Position numbers and translations under genes: made by a program | Assembly: GCA_905178155.1 (NCBI GenBank) | Contig: CAJINV010000006.1 | Span: 3,475,573-3,539,572 of the forward strand | DNA: 64,000 bases | From: Amoebophrya sp. A120 | Lineage: Eukaryota > Protista > Dinoflagellata | Reading direction: 5' to 3' | The notes under the pieces: generated by a model | Databases searched by the model: none | Seen by the model: the letters and a program-made list of their open reading frames with translations, nothing else | Told to the model about the DNA's origin: nothing | Part shown: in pieces, positions 49,201-62,256 of the stretch | Position numbering within the stretch: position 1 is the stretch's first letter | Layout: each line of letters starts with the position of its first letter

Positions 49201-52200
49201 ACGCAACACAGATTTCTGCATCGTTCAGATTTAGCACGACAAGTTCTAACCTTCCAGACCCAGACACTTTTACATTTGATAGAAGAACACGATCACGTTG
49301 TGGGCCTGCTTCTGGAACAGCTGCTTCCTCTATCACAAGAAAAAGTTTTTAAGATTAACGGTTTTCTTCACCGATTGCAGTGATGCATCACAAATGTAGC
49401 CCAATATGCATGCTATGCATGACAAATTTTGGCACGTTATTTAGTGATGCATTGCTTTTGCTGCATCACAAATTCCGTTAACGTTAAACACTTTTTCCTG
49501 TGATATTCTCTCGAAGGCGCGCTGGGAGAGGTTGTGAAACTCTTCAATCGCGCCGGAAGCGGAGGAGATGGTGGAAGTGGAGAGGATGGAAACGTGGATG
49601 GAGGAGTTGTTGCTGTTTAAACTGCTGTTCGTGTGGTGGAGGTTTTTATTCGTGGTTCCAAAGTGAATGTGCTTCTTCGGGACCACGACAGGCACAGGCT
49701 GCTCGTCCTTGCTCAACATCTCTGGCGCAGGAGTAGGAGTACCTGGCACTGCCTTCCGCTCTCGCAAAGTTGTACCTGAAAAAGTGGATGTCGTGGCGGC
49801 GGCTTCGTCGCTCGTCACATCAACTACCTCTGCAGATGTTGTTGATGAGACCACTGGCATCAACATCCCTGGTTCATTCGGATTCGCGTTGATGATTTGT
49901 ATTCTGGGGAGAGAATTGCCGCTGGGAACAAGAGAACTGGTCAAGAGGTCGGAGGTTGAGGTGGCGGAGGAGTCGAGGACGACGCTGTCATTCTCTGTAG
50001 TCATAGTTCCACCCCCGTTGGACATGATCAAAGTTGATCCACCACCGAGCGACCTGTCGATCTCTCGCTGGAGCTCCGAGGGAAGATCATCTAGAGGTGG
50101 TGCATCCTCTACTACTTCTTTCGCATCTTCATTCATCGCAGCATCAGAGATGACAGCACCACCACCAGCAGTATGAACTGCAAAAGTATCGTACTAGTAG
50201 TAATGGCAATACAAGTTCGCTCAGCATGACAAATGGAATTTGTCATGTTGATTTGCCTTGGGAACGAGATCGTTAATGCATGACTTCAATTACTACGAGT
50301 ACGACACTTTTGCACAGGATAAGCAGTGCCGCTCTTGGGCGAAGGCGGAACGGCTGCGGTCATCTATCAAATGCAAAAATGTCTGGGTCTGGAAGAATGC
50401 AAGTTTGTCATGCTTGTCTGGCATGACTCGAGAATCTGTGTTGCATAGGCACGACGAAAAGGCCCTCTTACCTGTCATGCCAAAACGCAGTTTGCCATGC
50501 GGAATTATACGTAAGACATGGGAGCCACAAAATTTGTCATGCGTAGCTGCGTACTGTGGTGCGTCTAGTACCATTCACTTTTAGCATTACAAGTTTCCAG
50601 ACCCAGACATATTTGCAATCCATATCATCCTTGGTAGTGCCATGGTGGTTCGTCTCATTAGCTCGTCGTCGTCTACTATCGCAAGAAAAAACTGTTTCAC
50701 TGTGAACTTGTGATGCATAGAATTGAACACAGCACTATTTGTCTTGCTACAGCTGCAAGGCGTTGGATTTTTCAGCGTGTTTTCCCTTGGAAGGCGCGCA
50801 TGGCAAATTTTCTGTGTCATGTGTAGCAAATTTGTGCTGCGGATCTTGCAAAACCATCACAGTGCAGCAGTTTTTTCGTGGAATATCTACTTCCTCGTCG
50901 CCATTCCCTTCGTGGTCTAGAGAAGCCGACGAGCTGGTGCCATTTGTTCCTAATGTAGAGCTACTAGAAGAGCAGGTTGTCCCTTGATTCTGCAACTGCT
51001 GCGCCTGGGAGAACCGCACATCGTACTCTGAAACGAGCTTCCGCATGGTGATTCTAAAATTGCTGTACTCCTCTTCGTAGTATTTCATGAAGCTCACTTC
51101 CGCGTTGATGTACGCAATCAGCATCATCCACCCGAAGATCACCGTGCGGGAAAGGAAATTCCAGACCCAGAGGTTTCGATAAGCGAAGAGGATAAAGCTG
51201 AAATTCCGCCAGTACGCGATATGCATTGCAAAAGTAACTTACTAGTATAAATTGCATTACAACTTTTGGCAAGAAGAAAAGTGAAATTTGTAATGCTGTT
51301 TTACCTTAGGAGGAAGGTTTGCCATGCAGATTTGCAATTACTACGAGTACGATACTTTTGCGCAGCATACGCGAAGGATAACAGCGAGAAGTTCGTCGGG
51401 TTGATCTGGGAGGATCCCGTTCCGGATTTCTATCGTAAGGAAAAACCCCCCCTCCCCATATCAAAACGAAGTTTCTGACTCTGGATTTCCGTACAAAAAT
51501 CGGCGCTGTCTTGCAGTACAGGATTGGAGGCAGATGCCGCGCCTGAGTGCAGAGCTTCTGACGTGGACGCTTAACATCACAAACGTCTATGCAGTAGCCC
51601 AAGCAGCATCACAAACCGTCCGCATAATGCGGCGGACACTGTAGAGATAGAGTTGCCTTCTTGCATAGACAAATATGATTTGTGACCTCAAATCAGCAAC
51701 ACAGATTTTCGGTGACATACCTTTTCAATATGAGGAGGGGGGATTTTTCCTTTCAATAATTTCTCCGCCGCAGCTAACGCAGAATTCGCCCAGAGATTCA
51801 TGACGCCGATGATCAAGCACCATATGGTCGTGATCTCCGCGTACAGAGAAACCCAGATGTTCCACTGATTCCTTTTCGTCCCATCGGGAGAGGCTGAAAA
51901 GAGGTGTAAAATACACCCGATGGTGATCAGCATGCTTGTCAGCGGCCCGAACCAGCAGTAGCTCGCGATGAAGATCAAAATGAGGGAAAACGTATGCATT
52001 GCAAAAGCATCGCACTCGTATAAATGCATTGCAAATTTCCTTAGCATGAGAAATAAAATTTGTAATGCTGATTTACCTTAAGAAAACGATTTGTAATGCA
52101 TGATCGCAATACGAATACGATACTTTTGCACAGGATAAAACAAGTGGTAGACCCACGCGAACCAGTTTAACCCACGGTATTCGTCGATCTCCTGTATGAT

Positions 52201-53492
52201 CGTGATTTTTGCGTTCAAGGGGATGCCCTTCTCCGCCTGGATCGCGATGTTCATTCCTAAAGCGGTTTTCCGCTGCATGCGGCTGATTCGGAGATGGTTG
52301 TACTGAGCTTGCTGGGACGACCGAGCAGCTGCTCCTGGTGCGATAACAACTCCAGGAACACCACCACGCGTGGGAGAATTGTTTGGACGATTTGATGCTT
52401 GTCGGGAATCAGATTGCACACTCAAGTTCGACTGCACAGACGTCGTCGACATCGTGCTGTCTTGGGTTTGGAGTATCCTCTGCTTACTGTTCGTCCTCGT
52501 CGTGCTAGTAGACCCGAAGTTTGTCATGCTACTCCCGATGCTACTTGTGGTTCCAGCATTGTTCAGGTTGATCATCCTGCTACCGGAACTACCTGTGATC
52601 ATCCCCGTGCTGGAAGAGGAGCCACCGCCACCACCTATTATCCCCTTGCTTTTCGCCAGGAAAAGCGGGGATTTGTTGCCACTGCTACTTGCACCAGCTC
52701 CAGCTCGAGCGGGACTACCCGGATCCACGTAGCCCCTCTCATTCAGCATCGCCGTCGCGGTGCGTTTCTTCAGATTTTGGTGATGCTGCTGCTGCTGCTG
52801 CGCGGGGCTTTTGCTCGGGGAACTTGGAGTAGCTTGTTGCGCCGAAAAATTGCAGCTCATCTCGGATGAAAATTGCACCGCGGACAAGGCGGTGTTCGGG
52901 TGGTGATGGTGTAATACTGCCTCGCCTCTTGGGGAAACGACTCCTTGTTGTAGAAGTCCTCCGCCTCGTGCCAAGGCTGTAGATGACCCCGGCACGACCG
53001 CACCCCGATTGCTGTACTTATTTTCCTGTATCGCCTCTTTCGTTTCCTTCGTGCCTGTCCTACTCCCTGCCGCGCTGGACGAGGCTGATGGTCCGGAGTT
53101 GCTTTCGTTTGGTTCACCGTGCTGTTCTATCAAATGCAAAGTGTCTGGGTCATCTGGAAGAATGCGCGACTTGTCATGCAGCTTTTCCATGACCCATGAG
53201 GTCTGGAATGCAGGACCTAGCATGACAGATTCTGCGCGATCTCTCTCATGCCTATCCTGCATGAGAAACTCCCTCCCGACTTGGTCAAATCTGGACGACT
53301 TTTGGTAATCATGCAGCACAGATTTTTGCATGCTTCGGATTTAGCATGACAAGTTGCATTCTTCCAGACCCAGACATTTTTGCATTTGATATGTTCGAAA
53401 TTTCGGTTGTCATGATTCTCGTCCTCTTCCGTCTGATCGGTCAAAGCGCTCTCCTTGCTGGAGGTCAGGCTCTTGTCGTGGTCGTCGAACAT
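40259..53492 (-). CDS. Large hypothetical multi-pass membrane protein
   Basis: Frame continuous at the junctions I joined across 17 introners and the 5.15-kb element 42468-47617; several hydrophobic segments; first stop TAA 40259-40261, with same-frame ORF continuing to 39758. Confidence 0.7.
40725..40875. mobile_element. Introner family B
   Basis: DR TTGGC/TTGTC. Confidence 0.9.
41090..41241. mobile_element. Introner family B
   Basis: DR ACGTT. Confidence 0.9.
41725..41891. mobile_element. Introner family B
   Basis: DR degenerate GGACG/ATATG; frame restored. Confidence 0.8.
42177..42399. mobile_element. Introner family J
   Basis: DR CCAGG/CCTGG. Confidence 0.9.
43040..46372. repeat. Diverged ~750-bp inverted repeat (arms ~43040-43790 and ~45610-46372) inside the 5.15-kb element
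   Basis: Colinear blocks such as GGCGCCGGCCGCGTG, GCGCCCCAAAAAAC, AGCTTTGCAAA and ATATTTGGC in opposite orientation. Confidence 0.8.
44922..45128. repeat. 40-bp-arm inverted repeat (MITE-like)
   Basis: TGCCGAGAACTTGCCGAAAACTTTCCCCCGAACTTTCCCG vs reverse complement of 45089-45128, 1 mismatch. Confidence 0.85.
46664..46699. repeat. Perfect 36-bp palindrome; 20-bp core copy at 43968-43987
   Basis: CATACCATGCGGTCCGAC|GTCGGACCGCATGGTATG. Confidence 0.9.
47772..48034. mobile_element. Introner family C, diverged
   Basis: DR AGAAA. Confidence 0.9.
48109..48267. mobile_element. Introner family B
   Basis: DR AGTGG. Confidence 0.9.
48480..48630. mobile_element. Introner family B
   Basis: DR AGTCA. 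Confidence 0.9.
48680..48931. mobile_element. Introner family H
   Basis: DR ACCTT; close copy of 34974-35228. Confidence 0.9.
49020..49281. mobile_element. Introner family C
   Basis: DR GAAGA. Confidence 0.9.
49331..49505. mobile_element. Introner family M
   Basis: DR TCCTC/TTCTC. Confidence 0.9.
50172..50321. mobile_element. Introner family B
   Basis: DR AGCAG. Confidence 0.9.
50365..50624. mobile_element. Introner family C
   Basis: DR TCATC. Confidence 0.9.
50677..50885. mobile_element. Introner family L-like
   Basis: DR TCTAC. Confidence 0.9.
51220..51369. mobile_element. Introner family B
   Basis: DR CGCGA. Confidence 0.9.
51431..51758. mobile_element. Introner family F
   Basis: DR ATTTC. 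Confidence 0.9.
51993..52137. mobile_element. Introner family B
   Basis: DR AAACG/AAACA. Confidence 0.9.
53128..53391. mobile_element. Introner family C
   Basis: DR TGTTC. Confidence 0.9.
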
Positions 53493-54689
53493 GATAGGCG
53501 TTTAAAAATAGTTTGGCTAATATTAAAATTCTGTACAAGGCGAAGTAGCTGTAGCTTCCTTTAGCCGACTATCAAAAAGTCTGTCTTCCCGGAGGAGCAA
53601 GAACGTCAATCGACATAGTTATAGGTCTCGTGTGCAGGTAGAAGAATCGATGTAATATACTCACATCACAAGAACCCGCCCAACAGCACCAAATGCATGA
53701 CGAGCGTCATGCTTCATGATGTCGTAGTCTGCGATTGTAAACAAAGACTGAATATAGTGCTTGCGTGAAAATAAGAAAGGATTCGTCTGGGTAGAATCTG
53801 CCGTGGCTCAAGAAAACAAGCGTTATTTGACATAGCGATAACTTTTGTTCGGCACCAGCAGGGGTTTTCAAAAATTATAGATATAGTTATACTCAAAATT
53901 TTCAGATCGTCATTTTCCCGTTGGTTGCGCGGTCAAAATATTGGGAGTACTACTTAATTTCAGACCCAGCTCGTCCAGCAGCAGCAGCACTGGCACTGCT
54001 AGTCCGTGCTATCTCATGATCCACAGTAGACCTTCAAAAAGTAAGAGCCACACACTCGATCGCGGGAGGCCTGTTGCCAACAAGAACCTCACGTCAACAC
54101 ATCTGACAGAAATAAAACGAGTCAAGCAAAACTTTAGCAGACAGGGTACTATGAGAGAATGAAGCGAGTAGAACGGAGAAAAACTTGTTTGAATACACGA
54201 CAAGCAAACTGGATTTGTTCACCGGGACTCATGGGGCAAACATCATGGGTCAAAAATTTCAATGGGGTCCTGTTGGAATGACAAAGTCGTCCCAGGAGGT
54301 TGTTCTTCTTGTTGTATTTACAGTGATAATTTTCTTTGACATTCATCAGAAACAAAGCTCCAGATTGTAGTTTCGCGCGAAGTCTGTGTGGCGGTATCCT
54401 CCATCTCGTGTCGCGGTCACCCGCTGAAGATAAAAACAGGTTGCAGTTCAAGAACCGATAATCTAGGTTTACGTTTTTGAAACAAAAAAGCCGACATTGT
54501 CTTCGTTCACTTGTTTCCACCGAGAAGTAAAGAAAACAACCGATTAGGTCGATATTATATTTTTCAAACCTATATATTCTCAAACACGACCGAAACTTCA
54601 TCTTCAAATAGTAGGACCACTAGTACACTAGGAGTCGGCACCAGCAAAACAAAACTGAATTTCGTCGGATGTCTAAATATTTATACTCG

Positions 54690-57600
54690 CTATAGTTGAG
54701 ACGGAATCCCCGGAATGTCAAAGTTTCGCACCCGCATATCATCCGCGGCGATATCAGACTATGCATTGCAAAAGTATCGCACTCGTATAAATGCATTACA
54801 AATTTCCTCAGCATGAGAAATAAGATTTGTAATGCTGATTTGCCTTAACAAAAAGACTTGTAATGCACGACTACAATACGAGTGCGATACTTTTGCACAG
54901 GATACAGACTCGTAGCTGTAATTCGTTTCCAACAGCGGAAACGGGTACTGATTGAACCTGATCTTTATCAAAGAAAAAAAGTTCGTCACGATCACTCATG
55001 CGCATTCTTGCAATACAAAATTGTTTATCATGCGTAAAAATGCGTCACAGCCAAACTTTATTAGGGATTTCCCTAGTGTTTCTGCAATACAAGGAAAGTT
55101 TGTGATGCTGAGAAAATTTGTAATGCAAAACCTGCAAGTTAGTGACTGTGACAAACTTTTTTCTCTCCATAATCTTCCCCACCGTGGTAATATGCACTGC
55201 AAAAGTATCGTACTCGTCGTACTAAATAGCAGCCATCCATTACAAATCTACTAATCAAGTGCAATCCGCATTACAAATTACATTTGTAATGCTGAGCCAA
55301 TTTGTAATGCAATTTATACTAGTACGATAAATTTCCAGTTCATAGGTAATATCCGGATGCGACTTCGAGCCCAAGTTCGTTACCGTTAAGGTCCACGCCT
55401 GCGCCGTCGTGTTCGCGACATGATTATCAACTGCAAATATGCCTGGGACTGGGAGAATGCGAGATCTGTCATGCAGGTTTTACCTGCCCCAGACCGTCTG
55501 GCATGCGAGCTCTAGCATCACAGATTTAGATTTTGTTGAGCAGCTACCCCAATGCCTTCTAATCAGCATGACAAATCCCCTCTCTCGGAAACAAGAAGCG
55601 GGGCCTTTTGCTGGCCATGCATGACAGATGTTGTCATGCTGTAGACCTCGCATCACAAATTCGAATCCTTCCAGACCCAGGCATATTTGCATTTGATAAT
55701 GATTCGTAGTCGCCCCCGCACCGTTGGTCGAGGACAGAGAGCCGCTGGAATATGCCGTTGAAAAGCATCGCACTCGTACAAATCGGTATTGCAAAATCAT
55801 GCAACACAAATCTCATTCGAATAGGTGAATCTGCATCACAAATTTCTTTTCTCATGCTAGAGAAGTTTGTCATGCGATTTTTACACGTCTATGTCTACGA
55901 CGCTTTTCTTGTAGCGGATATGGAAACCCCGCCGCCGATGTCGCACCAATCCGGCACGAAAAAGGGGTGCTTCCCGGTCAGGGGTTCGGCGTCGTGGCGG
56001 AGAAAAGTGCTGTTCCCCAAATCGTAAACCGCGTCCCACTTGATTTCTCCCGTCAAGTCGTTTTGCAGAGTGACTTTGATCTCGCCCAACGGGATTCCAA
56101 ACCTGATCTGGGGGTGGTGTATGGAACTCTACTCAGTTGTTACACTCTCAAATGTTTGCATGAATTTGTAATGCAAGAATAGCAAATAAAGTCAAAGGGA
56201 GAGCAGGGTTGCGCCTCTAGCATTACAAACTCCACACAGATTTAGATGCTGTTTAGCCCTTGATGGGGTGGAATTTGTCATGCAAAACGCAAAACGGCTT
56301 GATCCTGGGGTTGCTATATGGTAATTTTGCATCACAACCTCATGCAACAGTTGAGAATGTAACGTTTGAGCACGCCATATGGTGCCACCAGAACTTTTGC
56401 TGGAAATCGTCTCCAGCATGGCAGTATGCATTGCAAAAGTATCGTACTAGTACAACTTGCATCACAAATTTTTTCAAGAAGAAAAAATGGAACTTGTAAT
56501 GCTATATTTGTGATGCATGTTAGCAATTGCTACGAGTACGATACTTTTGCACAGGATAGGCAGCCGAAGCGCCCGTTGAGGTTGAACAAGTCGGTGAACT
56601 GGATTAACGGAGAGCGATCCATAATCATGAACTTCTGGCCCTGGTCTAAAGCGAAGTTGTGGTGCTTGATCCAGTATCAAATGCAAAAGTGTCTGGGCTT
56701 CCTGGAAGTCATGCAGATTTTGCATGACCTATGAGGTCTGTGATGCATGCCCTAGCATCCGAGATTCTCTGAGGGCTTTCTAATGCTCATACCGCATGAG
56801 AAATCAATGTTTTGCTTCTCCGCGTAGCACAAATTGCATCTCCTTTGCTGTTCATGCAATACAGATTTCATGTAGATTCCAAAGGTAGCATCACAAGTTG
56901 CAATCAGCCAGACCCAGACATATTTGCAATGCATATCCAGTGTCGGGGGTTTTGAATCGGAGGGAAGAAGGACTCAATCTTTTCCGGCGTCATATCCACA
57001 GTAAATTTCCCGTACACGTACAAAATGCATGACAAATTCCGCTAACTTGCAGTGTACAACTTGTCATGCTGGACTAGGATCGAAGGCAAGTTTTGTCATG
57101 CAGAGACTGCATTTGTACGTGTACGGGAAATTTACTGTGGATACGTCATCTGCTCCTTCACCATGGTCGCCATCGCAGCAGAGGTCGTTGGGCCCATAAT
57201 CGACCCCGCAACGTTCGTATGCATTACAAAAGTATCGCACTAATCAAAAATGCATCACAAATTTTTTCCAAGGAAAAAATGGAATTTGTAATGCTGATTT
57301 ACCTAAAAAGGGACATTTGTCATGCATGATAGCAACAATTGGTACGAGTACTACGATACTTTTGCACATGATACTTCGCGCCCTGTTTTATGAAGTTCAG
57401 TGGCCCTTTCAACACCTTCGCCACCACGGTGCCGAGCGCTAAATTCGCGCGCAAGGCGGTGCCGAGAATTTCGGCGAGAAAGGTATGAGACTACACAACC
57501 CCCCCTCCCCCTCATTTGTAATGTATAATACAAAATCCAAACTGTGCTTCTTGGCACTGTTTGCATGACAAACTCCGGAAGCCTAAACAGCACGACACTC

Positions 57601-58512
57601 CTGTGGAAATTTGTCGTACAAAACCGGCATTCTTGCTGACCCTTGTATTGCCGTTCATGCTATACAAATGAGGGGGAGGGGGAGTTGTGCACTCTCATAA
57701 AAAGGCATGGCATTGGTGAAGCTGGACAGCATTCCGCCGACGTCAAAGAATTGGGTGGCTTGTAAAAGCTCCTTCTGCTCTTTCGTGAGGTTTTTCCGGT
57801 CTTTCGGGAGGGTGGACAGGTGGAAAAGGAGGTTTTTATTTTGCAGGTTCTTTGTCGTGCTGCTGCTGCTGTTGTCGTCGTCAGGATTGGCAGCTTCTGG
57901 TGCTGCTGCGCTTTTACCAATGGTAGGAGATATTGATGAAGATGATCTTGAGGCGCCAGCACGATCAGGCATCATGTTTTTGTGCTGCGTCTTCAATCTT
58001 TTCACACTCGGATGCGCGAACAACGTGTTCGGGTCCAGTTTACTGTGATGGGACGTCTTGATGGTGATGGAGGTCGAGGCAATAGTGCTCCCGCGATTCG
58101 CTGGTGCGTTGTGGTCGTTTTGCGGCGTCCTCTCCGAAGGGGCAGTGACGAAACTAGAGGCCGCAGCGCCAGCATCGGTAGTTGTTTTCTCTTGTACTTG
58201 TTTTACAGCATGAGCAGGCATTTTCGTGCGTGGTTGTGAGGAGCCAATTGCAGCATGATGGGAAGCACTAGGAGGTTCCGTCGTCGCTGAGAGGTCCTCT
58301 GGGAGAAGCAAAGCCTTGTCCTTGAATGATGTGGCGATTTTCCGCGGCAGCTGATCCCGAACAGAGAACTGGAACTCTAGTAAAACCTGATGGCTGGTGA
58401 CGCTGGTTGCCGTACTCCTGTTCTGCTTGCTTCTCGAAAAAGAAACTTCTGGGTCCATCTCCAGATGCTGGTCTCTGAACATCAGATGAAAGCGCTCGGC
58501 AAGAAAACCCAT
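54690..58512 (-). CDS. Hypothetical protein
   Basis: Frame continuous across 11 introners (MPFLAEILGT...KFWWHHPQIRFG...DIPGIPSQL*); start uncertain. Confidence 0.7.
54760..54904. mobile_element. Introner family B
   Basis: DR CAGAC. Confidence 0.9.
54966..55171. mobile_element. Introner family I
   Basis: DR ATCTT. Confidence 0.9.
55191..55344. mobile_element. Introner family B
   Basis: DR GGTAA. Confidence 0.9.
55425..55698. mobile_element. Introner family C
   Basis: DR ATGAT. Confidence 0.9.
55751..55920. mobile_element. Introner family B, diverged
   Basis: DR TGGAA. Confidence 0.9.
56120..56379. mobile_element. Introner family G
   Basis: DR TGGTG. Confidence 0.9.
56425..56558. mobile_element. 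Introner family B
   Basis: DR GGCAG. Confidence 0.9.
56675..56935. mobile_element. Introner family C
   Basis: DR TCCAG. Confidence 0.9.
56993..57143. mobile_element. Introner family A
   Basis: DR CGTCA. Confidence 0.9.
57218..57373. mobile_element. Introner family B
   Basis: DR GTTCG/CTTCG. Confidence 0.9.
57484..57699. mobile_element. Introner family J
   Basis: DR AAAGG/AAAAG. Confidence 0.9.
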
Positions 58513-59315
58513 GTTGGCTTGATGTTTTTCTTTGGTGTAGTTGAGAAGCTTTAGTTGTTGAAGAAAATTATATACGGAAAGCTGCACAAAAGACGAATTC
58601 AATTGGCCAACAGGAGGTACGTAGATTGAAATTGAAAAAGCACCATCGCGAGGACAACAACATAGATGAAGACGGTCGATAGAATTGCACTTCTTGCCCT
58701 CTCTGTGCGATCGACGTGAGGTCCTGTCTCTCATCTCTTGTTCGACAAATCAAACCTAACAAGTCCCTGACACAACGAATTATTCGAGGTCGCGACAACT
58801 TCTGGGCCTCGTCCAGAAAAGAACATGAGCATGACGAGGACTCGTCCAGAAAAGAACAGCGCAGTCACTGCGCTGCCTACTTTCAGTCCCAAGCCAAGGT
58901 GCCGGTGCCCCCTTGGCGGCTTGCACGACTTTTGCAGTGCCTGATTATCGCGAAGTTGCTTATCAATCTCAATTTACAACGAGCGTGCGCCTGCCCGCCA
59001 CAGACGGGCTGCATCCTCGGTAGGACTAGAACAAGATTGCTTTGCGTTTAAGTCGATGTAAAAGTACAAGACGGCCATCTTGCGCGTTGAATGATGATGA
59101 AAGAAGGCTGTTTAATATGCCCAGCACCACCGTGCTCGTTCTGCCCTTCTCAAAGCAAGTTCAAGAGACTTCTATGTTATTTTCGAAAGCGCTAACGCGG
59201 GCAACATCCTCCACATCCCTCATAACCGGGTCGCAGAAGCAATGCTCCGGTTCCGCTCCCGCAGTTTTTGTCACCTCACGTTTGTTCTAGGAAGATGTTG
59301 GTCTTGGTGTTCTTG

Positions 59316-59573
59316 TATCAAATGTAAAAGTGTCTGGGTCTGGGAACTTGTGATGCTGGGTGGCGCCTCATGATGAGGCTACAAATGCTGGCTCAGCATG
59401 ACTTGACAAGTTTCTGAGCTCCTAGGTGTTGCCTATTCTGCATGACAGGCTGCGCTTCTGCATCACAGAAAAGCGGAGCTCTTGGGTAACGTGCATGACA
59501 GTTTTAAGAGTCAGGCCAGACAAGCATGGCAAATCTTGCATTCTTCCAGACCCAGACATTTTTGCATTTGATA
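59316..59573. mobile_element. Introner family C (apparently in 3' UTR)
   Basis: DR TCTTG. Confidence 0.9.
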
Positions 59574-59698
59574 TCTTGTCGACCGTGCTGCTCCTGCCTT
59601 CTGCAACTGCTCGTATTTGACTGAGTACAAGGAAGTATTTGTTTTTGCGAACAACGGCGGTAAGATCTACTAGCCGAAAGTAGAAGACGAGTCGGACA

Positions 59699-62256
59699 CT
59701 ATATCCTCCCGGGCGAAGAAGTACTGCCACCACCGCCGCCGATTGGCGAAGAAAGTATTGGTCTCCCCTCCGCATTATCAAATGCAAATATGCCTGGGTC
59801 TGGAAAATTGTGATGCAAGTCTCTGAAAAATGGTGGGCGCACTACAATATGCAGCCAAGCATGACAAGTTTTTGCACTGCCATGTGTTTCGTTTTTCGCA
59901 TGACAAGCTGCGTTTTTGCATGACAGGCACCAAGCGCAGGCCCCGATCCTGCTTATGCATCACAGATCTAAGAGTCATTCCAGACAAGCATGACAAGTCC
60001 TACATTCATCTTCAAGCCCCAGACATTTTTGCAATGCGTACGCATCTCTTTCCCCCGCATCAGAATCCGCCGCTCCGGTTTTCGAGTTTAAACTTCCCGT
60101 TTCATCTTGATCTGCGTCCCCGTATATCCTCTCCCCCGCGTAGTAATATCGAAAGGAAAAATCCCGTCTCCCCATATCAAAACGAAGGCTCTGATGCTGG
60201 ATCTGCGTACACAAGTCAAATCTGTCTTGCCCTGGAGAGGAAGGCAGGCCCATACGGAGCTTAGCGAGAGAGGATGTGGGCTAGGTACTAACTTGGCATG
60301 AAAAAAACGTCTGTGCTGTAGCCCCAACAGCATCACAAGCCGCGTGAGCAATGCGGCGGAGCTGCTTGTGGAGTTGCCGTCTTGCAAAACAGATGCGATT
60401 TGTGGCCACAAGTCAGCAACATAAATTTTCAGAAGCGTGCCTTGTCGATCGTATGGAGACGGGAGATTTTTCCTCACAATAAGTAGAACGCGCCCATCAC
60501 AGCTGCGTACATGCCAATGAAGAGGAACGAAAACAGCACCTCGGAGTAGTGACCGGAGTCCGGGTGGACTTGTGAGCCCGTCCAGAGCGACATGACCGCC
60601 GCGATGATAAACTGGGGCTGTTTCAGCGCAAACATGACCTGTGCGAGGATACCGTGCCACTTCACCACCCCTCGTTTTGGCAAGGACGTGTACTTGAGAA
60701 CCCCACCGGCATCAAGTGCAAATGTGTCTGGGTCTGGAAGGATGCAACTTGTCATGCTAAGTCTGGGTAGTGCAATTATTTGTGTTGCGTGATTACCAAG
60801 AAGTGTCCACTTCTGAACAAGCTTAGCGGCAGTGTCTCATGCAGGATAGACATGATGGAGAGTTCGCAGAACCTGTCGTGCTAGGTCCTGCATTGCAGAC
60901 CTCATGGGGCATGGAAAATATGCATGGCAAGTCTGCATTCTTCCAGACCCAGACATTTTTGCATTTGATAACCGGCGATCTGGATCAACCAGCAGATTAG
61001 CAGGGAATAACCCAGGTAGACGTGGACCTGATAGTAAACAAACACAAAGGTAGTTTTTGATGAATTTGTTGAAATCATCTTTGGATTCATTTTTGTGGCA
61101 AAGAGATGAAACCATCATGGCTGTCTTACTGCAGTAAGGAGTTCGCTCAACATGATGAGAAAATCCAAAATGGTTGCACGTTCTGCAACACGAACACAGT
61201 AGACGCAGCTCTACTATACCTGATGCCACCACGGTGAGTCTTTTGCGAAGTGGCTGGCCCTATCAACTGTAAAAATGTCTGGGTCTGGAAGAATACGCGA
61301 TTTGTAATGCAGGTTTTCCATGCCCCATGAGGTCTGGAATGCAGGGCCTAGCATGACAGATTCTGCGAGAGCTCTATCATGCCTATCCTGCATGAGAAAC
61401 TCCTTTTCACCTTGGTCAAAAATGCACGGCTTTTGGTACTCATGCAACACAGATTGTTGCATGATCCAGATTTAGCATGACAAACATGCATTCTTCCAGA
61501 CCCAGACATTTTTACATTTGATAGGCCCCTTTCTCCGCGTGCTGTAGGTACATGAACAACCATCCGAGAAATATCCCGAGCAAAAACGTCCCCACCCCAG
61601 AGTCAAGATCGGGACCCCGCAACACAAATCGAGAAGTTTTGGCAGTCAAGCATGAGAAGTTCGTCTCTGTATTGTAGTGCAGGTTAGCAACGACAGCCGC
61701 AACGCAAATCCATCTACTCATCCTGTTTAGAGCATTACAAAGTCCAAAACACGATTGGAAACGCCTCTCATGGGGATGCGCATTACAAATCTTCCTGTGA
61801 CTGGAAATCTGCATGACAACTCTGGGGTGGGTACGTTTTTACTCAGGATAAGAAAGAAAAACAGCCCGGCCAAGCTCATCAGTATCACGTGATTCCTGGA
61901 CTCGTTCCCCTGCTCCAGTATTCCGAGGCCCATCAAACCTAACCCGATGGAGTTGCAGACAGGATGCAGCATAAATTTCCACACATTGCTGTACTTCTGA
62001 ATAGCCACGGCGGAGACGGCGAGGGCAACGGAGATGGCGAGATATGCAAGGCAAAAGCATCGACATCGTACTAGTATAAATCGCATGACAAATTTGCTCA
62101 GCATGAGATATGAAATTTGTCATGCTGTTTTACCTTGGAAAGGAGATTTGTAATGCATGACTGCAATTACTACAACGAGTACGATACTTTTGCACTGGAT
62201 ACGAGAGTCCCGCCTGCCATGTACCAGCGGGAGGTACGGGGAATCTTCACCGGCAT
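59699..62256 (-). CDS. Cytochrome b561 domain protein
   Basis: FMLHPVCNSIG, SRNHVILMSLA, WHQVHVYLGY, VKWHGILAQ: four spaced His in TM helices; 6 introners + 1 GT-AG intron; 3' end may extend if another intron exists. Confidence 0.75.
59776..60040. mobile_element. Introner family C
   Basis: DR CGCAT. Confidence 0.9.
60147..60481. mobile_element. Introner family F
   Basis: DR AGTAA/AGTAG. Confidence 0.9.
60710..60970. mobile_element. Introner family C
   Basis: DR ACCGG. Confidence 0.9.
61028..61219 (-). other. Canonical GT-AG intron
   Basis: GTATAG...TATCAG; join WWHQ|VHVYLG. Confidence 0.8.
61261..61523. mobile_element. Introner family C
   Basis: DR GGCCC. Confidence 0.9.
61572..61850. 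mobile_element. Introner family E
   Basis: DR AGAAA. Confidence 0.9.
62043..62201. mobile_element. Introner family B
   Basis: DR CGAGA. Confidence 0.9.
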
